From NCBI GenBank assembly GCA_019057795.1, contig JAHLWS010000078.1, forward strand, positions 128,001 to 192,000: a stretch of DNA of 64,000 bases. The letters run 5' to 3'. The notes below the pieces were generated by a model that was given only the letters and a program-made list of their open reading frames with translations, ran no database searches and had not been told where the DNA came from. Each line of letters starts with the position of its first letter. Positions within the stretch are counted from its first letter, which is position 1. The position numbers and the translations under genes were made by a program. Source of the stretch: Promethearchaeota archaeon. Its GTDB lineage: Archaea; Asgardarchaeota; Lokiarchaeia; Sigyniarchaeales; SOKP01. Of this stretch, positions 60,160-64,000 are shown in pieces.

Positions 60160-63100
60160 AAGCATACACAAACGTATCACGGAAAACCGTGGGAGAGGAT
60201 CGAGTAGCAATCTGCCCTAATTTTGGATGCGAGTACATGACACGAGTTAAGCCTCTTAAATTTAAGTTCTTAGGTTTTGGGAAGCATCCTAAATGCAAGA
60301 AACATCACATTCCTTTAGTATTTGTTGATGAAAGAATCGTTGATTTCGTGGATGCTGCCCTAGCGTGCTTGTTTGATAAAGCAGGACTCCCCCCAAGTGA
60401 ATTACTCGAGGGTGTAAAATCAAAATTTCATAATGAAGTTACCTCGCTTGTAGAAGGATGGGTGTATTGCATCACGGCTGGAAGGTGTGTGTCCATTATT
60501 TCACGTTACATGGATACGATTTCTAATGCGTATCTCAAGCAATTAACTAAGAAACAAATTAAGGCACTTAAAAAGGGAGATGATTCAAAACCAAATCTCG
60601 TGAATAAGACGATTAAGGGTGGAATTGATGAAATTACTATTCAATATACGAGGATTCTCAAGCACCTGAGAGCTCATTCCGAGATTCTCATTGATCATCA
60701 AACGCTTAAATCACTTTCTAAAAACCTCCGAAATTATTTGAAGGATTATCAAAAGACCATATTAAAGCGCAATGAGATCATTAATTCTCCAGAAAATAAG
60801 CGCGAAATGAGTTTAAAAGAAATCAAGAGTAATTATGATCAAATCCTAAACGTTGGGACATGCCGTTGTCTTCTTGGATTGAATCCCGAAAGTAAAGGAA
60901 TCAAGAAAGCAAAAATAACTTCATTTGATAGATTTTCTGCTTATCTTGAATTTTTTAGTGAAGGATTAACTGGAAAATTTACAAAATCCGCAATCTGTGA
61001 TTTAGTAAAAACTAAGTTCACTTATCAAGATAATATTGATATACTTGATGAGACAAAATATAAAATACCCTTTCAAAATCAAAAACCTAAAAGTATCATG
61101 ACAGTTAAATGCACTCAAGAAGAACTTCTAGGCAAAATTTTTAAGTTCGGGGAATCTCTACAATTAGGAATTTTAACGATATATTATATTTGTGATATAT
61201 TTCCAAAAAAGAATGAAATTGATAAGTTATTTTTTTCTGGAAAGGAATTAAGTCAGATTCTTAGCAGATCAGAATATTTTTTTAATAATATTAGAAGGGA
61301 ACTGTTAGACGAAAATTTTGTTCAATACTGCGGAACAATTTCTAAAAAAAAACATAGCTTTGTAAAAATTTATACAATTACAAAACAAGGCGCAGATTTT
61401 GCAGCGGAAATTATTGAGTCAAAAATACAAGAATTTTCTAATCTTTTTAATGATTTAACCCTCAGATTAGAACAGCGATATAAAGAATTAATGTCCTCAG
61501 AAAATAACATTGTTATTCGTTCAATAGAAGAAATCAACAATGATTTAAAAAAAAAAGCTGAAGAAAACAATGCTAAAATGCTCACTACATACAAATCTGA
61601 TGAAAATAAAATAATTTTTAGATGTAAGGGATGCAATAAAGAATTTAAAGATATATACAAGAATATGAAAAGAAGACAAGAACCAAAAATAGCTTGCCCT
61701 TTCTGTTTTCCAGAATTAAGACCTAACACTTATATTCCTGAAGAATTAAGAGAAAAAATAGCAAAATATGTTTTAGTTGAATTAAGACAAATTACTATTT
61801 ACAATTTAGTAGAAAAGGAAATTTTAGAAAATATAGTTTCTATAAGAGATTCTGTTTTCAGACAAATAGAAATCAAAAAGGTTCCGATTTTAGACAATAG
61901 AATTCAAGCTGATGCCGATTTTAGACAATATATTAAGAATTATATTCAACTTATCGTTAAGCTTCTTATAAAAATAAAATTATTAAATGAGACCAAACAA
62001 AAAATAAATATTACTGAAGTAGCAAAAGAAACTTATGATAAAAATATAGTTTCCTTAAAATCTTGGGTGGTTTTTTCAACGAAGATTATTCAGTATTTAA
62101 GACAAAATCTTGATTTTAATATTAGATCACGTTATCATGATACATTCCAAAAATCTACTCAAGTATCGATTAGGAATTTTAGGAATTTGTATAAATTAAT
62201 TGATGATATTACAATTACTTATTTGAAAAAAGATTTACAGATGAAAATAGATATTCATTACAATGGAATATGTCAAGGAAATAATGGAACTTGTCAATTC
62301 AATATTGATTACAGATTCTTACCTGCTCTCTCCCATCACCATCTACTCAAAAGTTACAAAAAACTCATAACAAGAAAAGAATTTAAATATATCCTTCCTC
62401 ATACTATTCTAAACTTAAAATTTGAGAGAGCTATTAAATTAATGCAGACTCAAATTGGTGGATTAGGTTTAGCATGTCTGAATTGCCATTTTTCTAAACA
62501 TCATGTAATATATAATTTTTCACCGATTTTTACATTTCTTCAGAAACTATCCTTAGAAAATATCAATGAAAATCCATTAGATGTTTTAATCAAATTGAAG
62601 TCATTAGTAAGCATATATTACAACCAAAAAAAAGAAAAAACTAAAATGTCTAAAAATTACACTCAAGCTCAACAAAAAACAATGATAAAAGATGGTATTA
62701 GAAAATCGACTTTAGCATTCGTTAAAAAAAAATATAGTATTCAGTTTCTATTTGGAAATGATTATGTTTGTCCTATTTGTCGAAAAGCTAATATTAATGA
62801 ACACCTCAATTGTTTTGTTGCTCATCATACTAATGAAGATATTTTTAGAGATGATCTTGAGAAAATAGAATTTGGTAAAGAATATAAAAAAAAGGATATT
62901 GATTGGTTAATTGAAAATCTAATTATTCAAGAATGTGTGTTTATTTGTATAAATTGTCATCAAATGCTTCATGCTGTAAATTTTCGAGATTATGCTCTTA
63001 CTATCTTGGAAAGTAAAACCGATGAGATATTTGTAAGGAATTATTATAGTCAATTAGACAAACAGATAAGTAAATTAAAAAATAGAATCTTAATTTTAAA

Positions 63101-63524
63101 AAAAAAAATTGAAAATCATTTGATTCAAATTCCAAATCCGTTACAGTTAATTTTTGAAAAGGGAGACGGTTTAAAGAGAAATTTAATATGTATTTACTAT
63201 ATTTGTGAAATTTTTTCAAAAGATAAAGAGAATCCTTTCTTTACTTCTGGTGAGTTGAATTTTATTATTAATAAGGTGCGTTCATTTAGGAATTTTAAAC
63301 ATAAATTAATTCATCTTGATTATATACAAGCTGTTGAGAATTTTCAAAGAATTTATCATATTACTCCTAAAGGTAAGGAAAAAGCAAGAGAATTGATTAA
63401 TCAAAAATTAAATGATTTTCCGAAAAGATTCAGAGATTTAATTGATATTTGGGAAAATAATTACGTAAAATATCAGCTAAAGATGAAACAAAATAAGTAT
63501 TTTTTTGGAAAAGAAATTTTATAA
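60156..63524 (+). CDS. Cassette ORF-B copy 3: constant N-terminus, wHTH, Zn ribbon, two HNH-like modules and wHTH
   Basis: LSHHH...ACLNCHFSKH; CPIC...VAHH...ICINCHQMLH; YTITKQG and YHITPKG winged helices. Confidence 0.75.
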   Translation: MKAYTNVSRKTVGEDRVAICPNFGCEYMTRVKPLKFKFLGFGKHPKCKKHHIPLVFVDERIVDFVDAALACLFDKAGLPPSELLEGVKSKFHNEVTSLVEGWVYCITAGRCVSIISRYMDTISNAYLKQLTKKQIKALKKGDDSKPNLVNKTIKGGIDEITIQYTRILKHLRAHSEILIDHQTLKSLSKNLRNYLKDYQKTILKRNEIINSPENKREMSLKEIKSNYDQILNVGTCRCLLGLNPESKGIKKAKITSFDRFSAYLEFFSEGLTGKFTKSAICDLVKTKFTYQDNIDILDETKYKIPFQNQKPKSIMTVKCTQEELLGKIFKFGESLQLGILTIYYICDIFPKKNEIDKLFFSGKELSQILSRSEYFFNNIRRELLDENFVQYCGTISKKKHSFVKIYTITKQGADFAAEIIESKIQEFSNLFNDLTLRLEQRYKELMSSENNIVIRSIEEINNDLKKKAEENNAKMLTTYKSDENKIIFRCKGCNKEFKDIYKNMKRRQEPKIACPFCFPELRPNTYIPEELREKIAKYVLVELRQITIYNLVEKEILENIVSIRDSVFRQIEIKKVPILDNRIQADADFRQYIKNYIQLIVKLLIKIKLLNETKQKINITEVAKETYDKNIVSLKSWVVFSTKIIQYLRQNLDFNIRSRYHDTFQKSTQVSIRNFRNLYKLIDDITITYLKKDLQMKIDIHYNGICQGNNGTCQFNIDYRFLPALSHHHLLKSYKKLITRKEFKYILPHTILNLKFERAIKLMQTQIGGLGLACLNCHFSKHHVIYNFSPIFTFLQKLSLENINENPLDVLIKLKSLVSIYYNQKKEKTKMSKNYTQAQQKTMIKDGIRKSTLAFVKKKYSIQFLFGNDYVCPICRKANINEHLNCFVAHHTNEDIFRDDLEKIEFGKEYKKKDIDWLIENLIIQECVFICINCHQMLHAVNFRDYALTILESKTDEIFVRNYYSQLDKQISKLKNRILILKKKIENHLIQIPNPLQLIFEKGDGLKRNLICIYYICEIFSKDKENPFFTSGELNFIINKVRSFRNFKHKLIHLDYIQAVENFQRIYHITPKGKEKARELINQKLNDFPKRFRDLIDIWENNYVKYQLKMKQNKYFFGKEIL

Positions 63525-63530
63525 GACTAT

Positions 63531-63701
63531 GGATTTACCATTAGAAATAAAGGGGGAATCGAACAAGTAATTAACCATTTGGAAAATAAAATCTTGAAAT
63601 TAAAGGATGGATTGTATTTAGAAGTCTCTAAACAAATCGCAGAAGAGAGAAGTAAAATAATTATAGACTTTTATAACAAAATAAGAGAAGAAATAATGTA
63701 G
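63531..63701 (+). pseudogene. Stranded original 3' end of the HD gene
   Basis: GFTIRNKGGIEQVINHLENKILKLKDGLYLEVSKQIAEERSKIIIDFYNKIREEIM* aligns to NGGIEKVIEHLEKKIIKLKDRMYLDISKEIAKERQKIILDFY. Confidence 0.9.
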
Positions 63702-63869
63702 ATTTACTTGAGTTTCAATATCAAAATCACACCAAAGAGAATTTAATTCTTGATCTGACAATGAACTCACCATTTTTAATATTTTATAATAAAACACTTA
63801 GTTATGCTATGATCATAAAACGAGATTAATATTATTATGTAAGTCCAATTTTTATTGTTTTCTAATAAT

Positions 63870-64000
63870 TCAGTCTAATTCTGAACCACAATTTTCGCAC
63901 AATTTATACTCTTCAGTGATTTCTGAACTACTAAATTTGCAATATTTATCTGAATTTACTAATACTTCGGTGTGATCAATTTTTTACGAATCATCTAACT
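63870..64000 (-). CDS. 3' end of a zinc-ribbon protein (starts beyond the window)
   Basis: ...KYCKFSSSEITEEYKLCENCGSELD*. Confidence 0.45.

Larger units (their letters stand above)
59231..63530 (+). mobile_element. Two-gene nuclease cassette 3; boundaries approximate
   Basis: Flanked by two diverged HD-gene 3' ends; carries ORF-A/ORF-B. Confidence 0.8.

Noticed and set aside
26255-63524. Polymorphic toxin-immunity system
   Set aside because: There is no variable downstream immunity gene, the partner gene is constant, the C-termini carry DNA-binding modules, and this model does not explain the gene-end duplications; not fully excluded

Overview
AT-rich archaeal chromosomal segment, most likely Asgard/Lokiarchaeia-like. 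This is inferred from four SCP2 proteins, longin/roadblock-like proteins, an atypical small GTPase, an SMC5/6-like operon, archaeal ThyA and tRNAs with non-canonical bulge-helix-bulge (BHB) introns. The housekeeping backbone is interrupted five times (about 16 kb, roughly a quarter of the window) by free-standing endonuclease cassettes that have no integrase or transposase. Each cassette lies between a working but diverged end of a host gene and a stranded second copy of that same end. The targets are a creatininase-family gene (5' end), a hypothetical gene, a small GTPase, acr3 and an HD hydrolase (3' ends). Three cassettes belong to one two-gene family: a conserved ~203 aa ORF-A coupled to ORF-B, which has a constant ~280 aa Zn-finger N-terminus and three unrelated nuclease C-termini. 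At acr3 the replacement end begins with a 31-nt BHB-type mRNA intron whose removal restores the reading frame. The same cassette ends in a copy of the arsR-acr3 promoter, placed in front of a methyltransferase-HgcA fusion, an hgcB-like gene and arsC. All calls are from reading the sequence by eye; no searches were run.
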